NCBI GenBank assembly: GCA_038244085.1 | Contig: JBBRTX010000016.1 | Location: 19,736-83,735, forward strand | Direction of reading: 5' to 3' | Length of the DNA stretch: 64,000 nt | Origin: Bacteroidales bacterium | GTDB lineage: Bacteria > Bacteroidota > Bacteroidia > Bacteroidales > FEN-979 | Shown here: one piece after another, positions 18,124-26,676 of the stretch | Layout: every line of letters begins with the position of its first letter | How positions within the stretch are numbered: the first letter of the stretch is position 1 | Made by a program: the position numbers and the translations under genes | Notes under the pieces: generated by a model | Told to the model about the DNA's origin: nothing | Database searches by the model: none | The model's input: the letters and a program-made list of their open reading frames with translations, nothing else

Positions 18124-19067
18124 TATTCAACCTCGCTTTCTGCTTCGACAGCTTTTTTAGGTTTTTTTACTTTTTCGGAAGCGGGATCTATCTTCCCGAT
18201 GTTTGATAAGGCTTCCTCAACGGGAACGATATGTTTCGGGAAGCGCAGCTCTTCTTTGGCAAAGCCGAAAGCCAGTGCCATCAGCTGGGTGAAATACATC
18301 ACCGGCAACCCGAATTTCTTGTTCTGATGTTTCTCGATGTCGGGCTGGCGCATATCCAGATTCGACTGGCAAAGCGGGCAGGCGACCACAATCAGGTGGG
18401 CACCGCTTTCCTTAGCCATATCCAGGATCTTGCCGCTTAAGGATTCAACCACCTCTGTATTTGAGATGGAGAAGGAGGCACCACAACATTCGGTTTTATA
18501 ATCAAAATCAACGGCTGTGGCTCCAAGGGCTTCCATCAGGTGATCCATGGACATAGGATATTCGGGGGAATCAAAATGGGTTACATCCTTCGGACGGGTA
18601 AGCAGGCAACCATAGTAACAGGCGACTTTCAAACCAGCCAGCGGTTTGGTAACTTTAGCCTTTATGGCATCCAGGCCAATCACTTCGTAGCAATATTGCA
18701 GCATGGACTGTACATCCACACTTCCTTTGTACTCTCCTTCTTCGATGATGGTGCTGTTGATCCGCTTTGCAACATCAGGATGTTCGTCCATCTCCTTTTT
18801 GGTGAGTTTCATCCTCGAGTAGCAGGAAGCACAGGCAATGCCGATGGTTTTGCTCTCTAGCTTTTCGGCCAGGACAAGGTTTCTCAGTGGAAGGGCCAAA
18901 GCCAGGTTTTCGGTCATCACATGGGCTGAGGTGGCTCCGCAACAGTTCCAGTCGGGGATCTCTTCCATCTGTACATCGAGTGTTTTCATGACCAGTTTAA
19001 GGGTGTGGTCAAACTCTTCACTTGTACCGTGTGCCGAACAACCAGGAAAATAGGTTAGTTTGTTCAT
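18123..19067 (-). CDS. hdrB: Heterodisulfide reductase subunit B-like (two CCG domains)
   Basis: 314 aa with two CCG motifs (WNCCGATS, TECCGASF). The stop overlaps the hdrA ATG by 1 nt (TAATG at 18121-18125). Lys/Glu-rich C-terminal tail. Confidence 0.85.
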   Translation of the reverse strand: MNKLTYFPGCSAHGTSEEFDHTLKLVMKTLDVQMEEIPDWNCCGATSAHVMTENLALALPLRNLVLAEKLESKTIGIACASCYSRMKLTKKEMDEHPDVAKRINSTIIEEGEYKGSVDVQSMLQYCYEVIGLDAIKAKVTKPLAGLKVACYYGCLLTRPKDVTHFDSPEYPMSMDHLMEALGATAVDFDYKTECCGASFSISNTEVVESLSGKILDMAKESGAHLIVVACPLCQSNLDMRQPDIEKHQNKKFGLPVMYFTQLMALAFGFAKEELRFPKHIVPVEEALSNIGKIDPASEKVKKPKKAVEAESEVE

Positions 19068-19103
19068 GTCAGATTGATTGAAAAAATGAGGTCTTTTGGA
19101 GAC

Positions 19104-19676
19104 TTATTCTTTAGATTTCTCCAGCTTTGCAGCCAATTTATACATTCGCTGGATGGCCTTTGCGCTTTTTGTGCTTTCATGGCCGACGGGAATCTTGCCT
19201 TTCAGCAGTGCTTTCGGAGCAAGGTGAATATCCTTGAAGAAATTGCGGGTACGGATGTTGAATTCCGCCATCATGCGCAATTCGTAATTCCGCCCATACC
19301 GTTTGATCATATCCAGGAAAATATCATGGAAACGGCGTATATCCTGGACTTTTTTATTCGTGGACCGGTAATTCTCTTCGATGGCGATGTGACGAATGGA
19401 TTCCATGACGGAAGGAATCTCGATTTGCCTCGGGCAACGGCCGCTGCAGGCAGAACAGGTGAGGCAATACCAGCTCGAATTGGCCAGAACCACTTCCTCT
19501 TTCATCCCCAGCTTGATCATCTGCATGATGACGCGTGGCGGGAAATCCATAAATCCTGAAACGGGACAGGTAGAGACACATTTTCCACACTGGTAGCATT
19601 CCAGCACGTTTGCCCCGCTTTTTTTATTTACTTCTTCCAAAAAAATATTCTTCTCCTGTATTCCAAGTGTGATCAT
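19104..19676 (-). CDS. hdrC: Heterodisulfide reductase subunit C-like (2x[4Fe-4S])
   Basis: Motifs CYQCGKCVSTCP and CLTCSACSGRCP. The ATG at 19676 (MITLGIQEK...) is preferred over the track's TTG at 19736. Confidence 0.8.
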   Translation of the reverse strand: MITLGIQEKNIFLEEVNKKSGANVLECYQCGKCVSTCPVSGFMDFPPRVIMQMIKLGMKEEVVLANSSWYCLTCSACSGRCPRQIEIPSVMESIRHIAIEENYRSTNKKVQDIRRFHDIFLDMIKRYGRNYELRMMAEFNIRTRNFFKDIHLAPKALLKGKIPVGHESTKSAKAIQRMYKLAAKLEKSKE

Positions 19677-19796
19677 CTTGTTTGAATAATAACAGTGAAA
19701 AATGAACGAATTGCTTAATTGTGAATTAATTAACAACAGGTATATAAAAAAAAGAAACTTTAGTTAAATTTCTGCAGCCAAATTGCCTTCACGACA

Positions 19797-19804
19797 CAAA
19801 GTTA
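19797..19804 (-). promoter_or_regulatory. -7 box (TAACTTTG) upstream of hdrC
   Basis: TAnnTTTG match on the minus strand, about 120 nt upstream of the hdrC ATG. It is the only exact match in the 19677-19908 spacer. Confidence 0.35.
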
Positions 19805-19908
19805 GTCATAATTTTTTTTGGAAAGATTCTAAATTACACGCCCTCTGATCCCGCCGGTACCAGTGTGCTGTAAGGTGAAACAAGATTAGCCTACAAACAA
19901 AATCGAAT

Positions 19909-19962
19909 AAAAAAACTTCCCAATATCCTCTGTTTTGTAGGAAACAGACAGACATTGGGAAG
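19909..19962 (-). terminator. Rho-independent terminator after tonB
   Basis: On the minus strand, stem CTTCCCAAT/ATTGGGAAG (19916-19924 with 19954-19962) with an inner CTGTTT/AAACAG pairing, followed by a T7 run (A-run 19909-19915 on plus). Lies 24 nt after the tonB stop. Confidence 0.75.
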
Positions 19963-19985
19963 TTTTAAAGAATGCTTAGAACCGC

Positions 19986-20762
19986 TTATTGCAGTTTAAA
20001 TCTGATCGGGAGGTTAAATTGTACACGGACAGGCGTACCACGTTGTTTACCGGGAACCCATCTTGGCATTGATTTCACAACGCGGATGGCTTCCTCGTCA
20101 CAACCGGCTCCGATACCACGGACAATCTTCACATCGGTTATAGAACCATCTGTCTCAACAACGAAGGTCACGAAAACCCTTCCGTCGATGTTCAGCTCTT
20201 TTGCTTCCTCAGGATATTTGATATTTTCCTGCAGGAACCGCATACGGGCATCTTCACCACCGGGGTAACTGGGTTGTTCTTCCACGACTGTGAAAATTTC
20301 CTTGGGTGCAACCTGTTCAATTACTTGAGCTTTTGGCTCTTCCATTACGATATTTTCTTCAACGGCCGGAGCTTCAGTATTTGCCTTGGCGCTCAGGTCA
20401 TCCTGAGAAACCATGTTGGTTTCCACTGAGTCGGTGGTAACAATGGGTGCTGTAAATTTGACCTTTTCTACCAACTGTTCCGGAGGTGGAGGCGGTGGCG
20501 GAGGTGGAGGTAAATCTTCCTTCGGTATATCCAGCATCTCGGCGCCAACAGTCTTGTCTTCCATAATAATCCTGTTCTTGTTGATGTAAGCGGCAATAAC
20601 AGGATAAGCTACAGCAGCTCCGATGATGATGAGTGCGACGATCAGTGAAATGGTGGTATATTTCCTGTATTTTTTCCGAAGAACGTATGCCCCATACTCT
20701 TTGTTCCTGGTCGCGAAGACCATTTCCTCCAGGGTTTCTATACGATTACTTTCAATTGCCAT
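19986..20762 (-). CDS. tonB: Energy transducer TonB
   Basis: 258 aa with an N-terminal TM anchor, a poly-Pro spacer (PPPPPPPPPPPE) and a C-terminal TonB domain (YPEEAKELNIDGRVFVTFVV...G). Confidence 0.9.
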   Translation of the reverse strand: MAIESNRIETLEEMVFATRNKEYGAYVLRKKYRKYTTISLIVALIIIGAAVAYPVIAAYINKNRIIMEDKTVGAEMLDIPKEDLPPPPPPPPPPEQLVEKVKFTAPIVTTDSVETNMVSQDDLSAKANTEAPAVEENIVMEEPKAQVIEQVAPKEIFTVVEEQPSYPGGEDARMRFLQENIKYPEEAKELNIDGRVFVTFVVETDGSITDVKIVRGIGAGCDEEAIRVVKSMPRWVPGKQRGTPVRVQFNLPIRFKLQ

Positions 20763-20795
20763 ATGCTTTGATTTTATTAAATGAAGACCTGGAAA

Positions 20796-21440
20796 TTATT
20801 TAGGCGCAGTTTTCAGCAATTGCAACTCTACAGGTGAAATATCAACCACGGCATAACTTGCAATATTGCAAATGGCCATTTCATCGATGATATTTACAAT
20901 GTCCTTGTATTTTGCTTTATCGTCAGCCTTGATCAGGACGATGGGGCCCTTCTGGTCACCCTTCTTCATGTTCTTTATTTCCCTGTCGGCTGTAGTATCC
21001 TCCACGACTAATTTACCTGTTAGCCGTTTATCACGGTATTCGGCAATTTGTGTAAAGAGGTCTTTGTTTTTCCCAAGGAGAACCTTCCGGATTCCGTCTT
21101 TACTGAAATTGCTTTTAACGAGGACCGGCATGGGCGGTTTCTTCGGATCAGCAACTCCAATGTAATAGTACACGCCATCATTTTCTGTAAGAATGATGTT
21201 GAGTGTCCTGAATGCAGGGATTTTTGTCTGCTCTGAAGGCGGCGTTTGCTCCGTGTTCTTCTCAGGCATGGTGATGACCATGACTTTGGGTTTACTGAAG
21301 GCTGTAGTAAGCATGAAGAAGGTAATGAGCAGGCACATCAGGTCGACCATGGGTGTCATGTCTATCCTGGTGGATTGTTTTTTGGGCCTGCGTTTGCCCC
21401 CTTTTTTGCCACCGCCTTCATTTTGAATTATTTCGGCCAT
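20796..21440 (-). CDS. exbD: Biopolymer transport protein ExbD/TolR family
   Basis: 214 aa with the ExbD N-terminus (IDMTPMVDLMCLLITFFMLTT) and a single TM. Confidence 0.85.
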   Translation of the reverse strand: MAEIIQNEGGGKKGGKRRPKKQSTRIDMTPMVDLMCLLITFFMLTTAFSKPKVMVITMPEKNTEQTPPSEQTKIPAFRTLNIILTENDGVYYYIGVADPKKPPMPVLVKSNFSKDGIRKVLLGKNKDLFTQIAEYRDKRLTGKLVVEDTTADREIKNMKKGDQKGPIVLIKADDKAKYKDIVNIIDEMAICNIASYAVVDISPVELQLLKTAPK

Positions 21441-21477
21441 TTTATTTTCTTTTAAATGTCAAATTTCACGTTAACCG

Positions 21478-22113
21478 TTATTTAGGAAGATCCTTAATAG
21501 TAACTTCCTGTTTCTCAAGGTCGGTAACGAGATTAAACTTATTGACTTTATTCTCCTGCAAAAGATCCATAACTTTTTTCACCACAAAGTAATCCACATT
21601 ACCGTCGCCTTTAATGGCGGCTTCGGCATATGGATTGGCAAGACGTGTGTAACGAATCCAATAGGAGAGCTGGTTATCGATTGAATCTGTAGGGATTCCC
21701 GTCTGGAGTTTTTCCCTTTCCTTGGAATCGCCGGCAGCCAACCATTTTTTGAAGTCAGCCATGGGCATACCGAAAGAGGACATGTTAGAGAAATCTGCCA
21801 ATTCTTTCTTGGTAAATTTCACGTTGTAACGCTCACCCATATCAGAAAGCACTTTCGACCTGGTGCGGTTGACCGTGTCTTTCCCGTTATCGAGATTGAA
21901 AAAGATTTTCCCTTCTTTTGATATGATGATCGTCATAACATCCTTATCCGGTGCCTGTTTTTCCGACACGGATGCCGGACTTTCTATCGTTGCTGCCTCC
22001 TGGGGTCGAAACGAGGTAGTTAGCATGAAGAAAGTCAGCAGCAATGCGAACAAGTCCACCATAGGCGTCATGTCTATATGCGGAGATCTTACTGGTGCTT
22101 TAATTTTTGGCAT
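21478..22113 (-). CDS. exbD: Biopolymer transport protein ExbD/TolR family (second paralogue)
   Basis: 211 aa with IDMTPMVDLFALLLTFFMLTT and a single TM. Confidence 0.85.
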   Translation of the reverse strand: MPKIKAPVRSPHIDMTPMVDLFALLLTFFMLTTSFRPQEAATIESPASVSEKQAPDKDVMTIIISKEGKIFFNLDNGKDTVNRTRSKVLSDMGERYNVKFTKKELADFSNMSSFGMPMADFKKWLAAGDSKEREKLQTGIPTDSIDNQLSYWIRYTRLANPYAEAAIKGDGNVDYFVVKKVMDLLQENKVNKFNLVTDLEKQEVTIKDLPK

Positions 22114-22176
22114 TGTACTCTTTTTAGCTTATGAATACCAGAATCTGCAGAACGTCTGCAGATCAAAAAAACCAAT

Positions 22177-23001
22177 TTATTTGGCCTGGGCAGCAAATGA
22201 CTGTACAAGGCTGAAGCCAGCTTCATCAATTTTAAAGGTGAAGTCGTCAATCTGGGTGGTGTACAGGTTGTACATGATGATGGCGATCGTTGAACCACCA
22301 ATACCAAATGCAGTGTTGATAAGTGCCTCAGAAATACCGGTTGCAAGTGCAAGGGCATCCGGTGCACCAGCCTGGGCAAGAGCAGCAAATGCACGGATCA
22401 TACCAAGTACCGTTCCCATAAGACCGATAAGTACGGAGATGGAGGCGATGGTGGAAAGGATCACGAGATTCCTCGACAGGATGGGTAATTCGAGTGCAGT
22501 GGCTTCTTCAAATTCCTTTTGTAATGCAAGGATCTTCTGATCTTTTTCCAGTGTGGTATCAGCCTGAAGTGAACGATAGCGGATGAGACCCGCTTTCATT
22601 ACATTGGCAAGGGAACCTTTTTGTACATCGCATGCGGCAATGGCTTCCTCAATCTTGTTATTGGCCAGAAAACCCTGAAGATTCCTGACAAAAAGATTGA
22701 TCCTTCCTTTTCCTTTCGCACGGCTCAGTGTGATCCCACGCTCGATGGAGAAGGTGATAAGCACCAGAAGAATGGTCATCAATAAAGGAACAATGTATCC
22801 TCCTTTATAAATCATAGCAAGGTAGTTCCCTGGAATCGGATGACCTTCCGGATTTCCACCTTCAAAATTGATCGGCGCGCCCATGACGTATTTGAATACG
22901 ATCCAGGCAATGATTAAAGAAATGATAATAACAGCCGTCGTGAAAACTGACCTCAAAGCGTCACCCAAAGTTTGTCCGCCTTTGTTATTTGTCTTGCTCA
23001 T
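22177..23001 (-). CDS. exbB: MotA/TolQ/ExbB proton channel protein
   Basis: 274 aa with 3 TM helices and the conserved C-terminal channel region (LGLMGTVLGMIRAF...ALINTAFG). Confidence 0.9.
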   Translation of the reverse strand: MSKTNNKGGQTLGDALRSVFTTAVIIISLIIAWIVFKYVMGAPINFEGGNPEGHPIPGNYLAMIYKGGYIVPLLMTILLVLITFSIERGITLSRAKGKGRINLFVRNLQGFLANNKIEEAIAACDVQKGSLANVMKAGLIRYRSLQADTTLEKDQKILALQKEFEEATALELPILSRNLVILSTIASISVLIGLMGTVLGMIRAFAALAQAGAPDALALATGISEALINTAFGIGGSTIAIIMYNLYTTQIDDFTFKIDEAGFSLVQSFAAQAK

Positions 23002-23057
23002 CGTAAATTTGTTTTTAATGATTAATTGTTGAGTTGATAGTTTCTTAACAGGGTTTG

Positions 23058-23065
23058 CAAAAGTA
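23058..23065 (-). promoter_or_regulatory. -7 box (TACTTTTG) upstream of exbB
   Basis: TAnnTTTG match 56 nt upstream of the exbB ATG. Confidence 0.4.
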
Positions 23066-23160
23066 GGAAAAATAATAATCCAAATAATACCGGTTAACCA
23101 ATTTAATTGCTTTTCATATAGCCACTTCCGTATATATAATCCTCTTCGTACCCTTAAGCC

Positions 23161-24864
23161 TTATTTCCTGATCTTGGGTTCAAGATCCTTGAGGATGGCT
23201 TTTGCTTTCTCGCTATAGTTAGGGTCCTGAGGTTCAATGGCAAGCACCTTATTGCAATACATGACCGAATTGATTGCGGATTGCTGTTCCTTGGTGTCCT
23301 TGAACTGGAGAAACCAGTAGAAAGAGAGATAAGAATAGGCCTCCATCAATTCTTTCCCGTTCTTCACAGAATCCGTTTTTGCTTTTTCGATCAGGACTTC
23401 ATATACCGGCCTGGCTAATCCAAGTTTACTGGTGCTGTCGATATTTACGAGCGTTCTGGCTCTCCAGATGAACCCCTGCAGATAATCGGGCATTTGTTTG
23501 TTAAAAGTCGCCAGGGTCGTATCGGCCATTTGCCAGTTTTTAACATTGTAGTAAACCTTCCCCAGATTATAATAATCATTCGGAAGCGCTTTACCCAATG
23601 CAATTTTCATATTATACACTTCAATGGCATTGTCGTATTTCTTTAGTTTGATCAACGACATGGCCGCTTCAGAAAGTAATTCCGATTTGGCTGTGTCAAG
23701 TTCAAAAGCTTTCATAAGCGTTATGTGGGCTAATGAATCCTGCTTGGTCTTTGCCAAAAGTCGCCCCAGGTAAGCATAATCAGTCGGCCGGATTTTCTCC
23801 GGTTTTGAGTGCTTGAAGAATTTCTGGCTGTAAAGCAATCCCTTATCATACTGCTTGGTTTCGAAATAGGAATACGCCAGGGCGCGGTTCAGGTCGTTAT
23901 TGGAAGAATCTGATTTCATGATGGTGTTAAGTTCCTCAATGGCCTTACTATAATCCTGCAATTCCATCAGGGTATTGACATACAGGATTCGCGCCTGGAC
24001 ATTATTGGAGGACAGAAGAAGATACTTCCGGTAGTTCTGTTGCGCTTCATCATTCCGGTTTGCCCTGGAAAGCAGATATCCGAGCTCACGATAAGCCGGT
24101 GCAAAAGTTGAATCGATCTTCACCACTTCCTGGTAATAGTTCAGGGCATCCTGATAGTTCCTGGCCCGCATCCATAACTGCCCCACGCGCAATTTCGCCA
24201 ATGGTGATTTAGGATTAAGATTCTGTGCCATGTTGTAATTCGAGATGGCTTTTGAACCGTCATTCAACAGGAAAATATAAGCATCGCCTTTGGTGATGTA
24301 GAGATCGTAGTTGTTCTTATCCAGTTTCTCAGCATTTCTCAGATAAGCAAACACCATGGCGGTATCATTGATATTTGCCCGGATATACCCTAAGGCCATT
24401 TTGATATAAACAACCGCCTGTTTATCGGGGGCCATTACGATTGACTTATTGGCTTTGGAAGGCAACAAAGAAATCGCCTTGGTGTAATGTCCTTTGGCTT
24501 CATCCATCTTTTTTTTGATGAGCGAAATTTGTCCAAGCCCCACATAACACATAGGGTTGGCCGGATCTGCCTGGATGCCTCTCTGAAAAAGCTTTGTGGC
24601 CGAATCTGCCATCTCGGAAAAGGTAGTATTCAGCGTATCCGCGAAATATTCCTGGAGATAATTCTCTCCATAGTAAAAATAAATATCCCCATCGCCCGGA
24701 CTTTTCTGAATGAGTTGTTTGAAGGCTGCACTGGCATCCTGGAACCGTTCGGCACGGGTCAGTTTAAAGGCAGATTCCAAATCCTGAGCTTTTAATCCCC
24801 ATCCCGAAAACAGGAAACCGCCAAGCAAGATGAAAGCAAAGATTTTTTTAGTCATTCGTTCCAT
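23161..24864 (-). CDS. Secreted tetratricopeptide (TPR) repeat protein
   Basis: 567 aa with a signal peptide and many 34-aa A/Y/L-patterned TPR units (e.g. AISNYNMAQNLNPKSPLA, ALNYYQEVVKIDSTFAPA). Confidence 0.8.
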   Translation of the reverse strand: MERMTKKIFAFILLGGFLFSGWGLKAQDLESAFKLTRAERFQDASAAFKQLIQKSPGDGDIYFYYGENYLQEYFADTLNTTFSEMADSATKLFQRGIQADPANPMCYVGLGQISLIKKKMDEAKGHYTKAISLLPSKANKSIVMAPDKQAVVYIKMALGYIRANINDTAMVFAYLRNAEKLDKNNYDLYITKGDAYIFLLNDGSKAISNYNMAQNLNPKSPLAKLRVGQLWMRARNYQDALNYYQEVVKIDSTFAPAYRELGYLLSRANRNDEAQQNYRKYLLLSSNNVQARILYVNTLMELQDYSKAIEELNTIMKSDSSNNDLNRALAYSYFETKQYDKGLLYSQKFFKHSKPEKIRPTDYAYLGRLLAKTKQDSLAHITLMKAFELDTAKSELLSEAAMSLIKLKKYDNAIEVYNMKIALGKALPNDYYNLGKVYYNVKNWQMADTTLATFNKQMPDYLQGFIWRARTLVNIDSTSKLGLARPVYEVLIEKAKTDSVKNGKELMEAYSYLSFYWFLQFKDTKEQQSAINSVMYCNKVLAIEPQDPNYSEKAKAILKDLEPKIRK

Positions 24865-24878
24865 TATCTCTCTGTTTA

Positions 24879-25844
24879 TTAATGTTTTATTTCAACCAGC
24901 CTGACCGGCATGGAAGCCGGTACCATGCCGGCGTGGAGAACGATCAACTGACCTTTCTCTCCGGCAATAAATGAAGAAAAACCATAGGCAAGGCCACTGT
25001 AGGTTTGCCGGTTTACACAAAATACTGCCCGTGTAAAAGGATAATAACCTTCGGCGATGTATCCCGGATGCGGGGTATAAAATTGCCCGTTCCTGTCATT
25101 CATGCCCGGCGGGCTTACAGAAACCACTCTTACTTTACTTAAAAAGGAGTGCGAAACCGTATCGTCCTTATTACTGACCCAGTTTACACTGATGACACCC
25201 ACTGCGGCTTTATTATTTTCAACAAAACGAATCACTTCAGCATTCGAATTCAAAGCGTAACAAACTTCCGGCAATTTTGCCAGTTGAAATTTTTCCCTGA
25301 AATATCTTGTATTGCCTGATTTATAGTTGTCAAAAACCAACTTAAAGTCGGTCAGTTTTGAAGCAGGATTGATCTCTTTCCAGCTTTTGATTTTTCCATT
25401 GAAGATTTCCTGGATCTTATCGTAAAAAAGCGCGGTATCAGGGTTTTCACGGTTAACGATGAAAGCGATCGCATCATAGGCAATCTTTGTGGTTTTCGGA
25501 TAAAATTGTTCGGATTTTAATCTTGCCTCTTCATCCGAAGTCAGTTTGCGGCTGATGACCATCAGCTGAAGGGAGTCTTTCATGAAAGCATCGATCACAT
25601 CTGCCTCGCTTCGGCAAAAGGTGTCGATTTTTGCATAGGGATAAAGCGCTTCGAAGGTCATCATCTCTGCGGAAAGCAGTAACTTGTAAGAGTCATCCAC
25701 CCCGACCCTGATGGTTCCCGTCGTGGGTGTATCCTTGTCGGTAGGTTTAATGCCTCCCCCACATCCCGACAAAATCATAACAGATAGAACCAGAAAGAAG
25801 GAGAAGCCGTATAGCAGTTTTGAATTCCCTTTCATTTTCATCAT
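24879..25844 (-). CDS. PstS-family (PBP2-like) substrate-binding lipoprotein
   Basis: 321 aa with a lipobox (ILSGCGG) and a periplasmic-binding-protein fold resembling PstS-like proteins. These are commonly linked to exbBD-tonB clusters in Bacteroidota. Confidence 0.7.
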   Translation of the reverse strand: MMKMKGNSKLLYGFSFFLVLSVMILSGCGGGIKPTDKDTPTTGTIRVGVDDSYKLLLSAEMMTFEALYPYAKIDTFCRSEADVIDAFMKDSLQLMVISRKLTSDEEARLKSEQFYPKTTKIAYDAIAFIVNRENPDTALFYDKIQEIFNGKIKSWKEINPASKLTDFKLVFDNYKSGNTRYFREKFQLAKLPEVCYALNSNAEVIRFVENNKAAVGVISVNWVSNKDDTVSHSFLSKVRVVSVSPPGMNDRNGQFYTPHPGYIAEGYYPFTRAVFCVNRQTYSGLAYGFSSFIAGEKGQLIVLHAGMVPASMPVRLVEIKH

Positions 25845-25884
25845 TGTTTAATCAAAACTAATTGATTTCTCTGATAATAGAACA

Positions 25885-25892
25885 CAAATTTA
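25885..25892 (-). promoter_or_regulatory. -7 box (TAAATTTG) upstream of the PstS-like gene
   Basis: TAnnTTTG match 40 nt upstream of the ATG at 25844. Confidence 0.4.
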
Positions 25893-25974
25893 AACAAAAT
25901 ATTTTCCGGAACCATAAATAAATAAGGGAAATTCAGCCTTTACGACCTGAATATTAGCAACATATGCCTTCCGA

Positions 25975-26175
25975 CTACTCTTCTTCCCTTCTTTCCCGCT
26001 CTTTGTTTATGATCCGGGCAATACGCCAGCCGGCATACAGGAAAAGGAAGATGGCAAAAATCACCTTAAATTCTTTGGTGATATAAAAGAACCTGGGACT
26101 CACAAGAAGGTATATTCCCAGAACGATATACATCATAATGACTGCATAGGAAAGGTATTTCCAGAACTTAGCCAT
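25975..26175 (-). CDS. Small membrane protein (2 TM), unknown function
   Basis: 66 aa with two hydrophobic helices and a basic/acidic tail (KERERREEE). Starts 9 nt after the upstream 112-aa gene. Confidence 0.5.
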   Translation of the reverse strand: MAKFWKYLSYAVIMMYIVLGIYLLVSPRFFYITKEFKVIFAIFLFLYAGWRIARIINKERERREEE

Positions 26176-26184
26176 AACCTTTAC

Positions 26185-26523
26185 CTATGATTGATGAATA
26201 ATTTCAATATAAGGAATTTCGTCATCCTGCACCTCCCATTGGTTCCACCAGGCGGGAGAAACCACTTTTCCGTCGTTTCTGAACAACTTCCGCTCATACA
26301 CTTTGACAACAGGGTTGAATTCCAGATCCGTAACCCCCAGTATCAGGGTGCCGGTCGGAGCGCCTTCTTTGCTGTTTTCGGGTTCGGTTTTTACTTCAAA
26401 ATGATTGTTTTCCAGCAAATCTTTCAGGAAGGCAGCACGGGCTTCGGTCAGACCGGTTTCGACAACGGTGCAGCGGGTTCCTTCAATCTCGGCAATCACG
26501 TGTTTTCCTTTATTGAGTGGCAT
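26185..26523 (-). CDS. Hypothetical soluble protein, unknown family
   Basis: 112-aa ORF with coding-like composition and a promoter-like box upstream. No motif recognised. Confidence 0.5.
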   Translation of the reverse strand: MPLNKGKHVIAEIEGTRCTVVETGLTEARAAFLKDLLENNHFEVKTEPENSKEGAPTGTLILGVTDLEFNPVVKVYERKLFRNDGKVVSPAWWNQWEVQDDEIPYIEIIHQS

Positions 26524-26550
26524 TTTTCGGAGGGTTTCGGTTTATAAATA

Positions 26551-26558
26551 CAAATTTA
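26551..26558 (-). promoter_or_regulatory. -7 box (TAAATTTG) upstream of the 112-aa gene
   Basis: TAnnTTTG match 27 nt upstream of the ATG at 26523, inside the 153-bp gap after nuoN. Confidence 0.4.
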
Positions 26559-26676
26559 CGTTTTTTTGCCTGACCATTGATACGCCGAAGGAAGAAACTG
26601 TTCTGTCTCCTGTCAGGACGCGCTGATCTGCAGCCAGAGGATTTTTCACTTCAGAAAATCATTCAAAAAAGAAAAA

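Noticed and set aside
20482-20510. GGAGG/GGTGG-rich low-complexity DNA repeat.
   Set aside because: It is the reverse strand of the poly-proline (CCN) spacer of TonB, so it is coding low complexity rather than a regulatory or CRISPR-like repeat.
19986-25844. The PstS-like/TPR/exbB/exbD/exbD/tonB cluster as a possible novel transport system.
   Set aside because: As far as I recall, the same gene set is linked in other Bacteroidota (e.g. Porphyromonas, Bacteroides), though in a different order. It is ordinary for the phylum.
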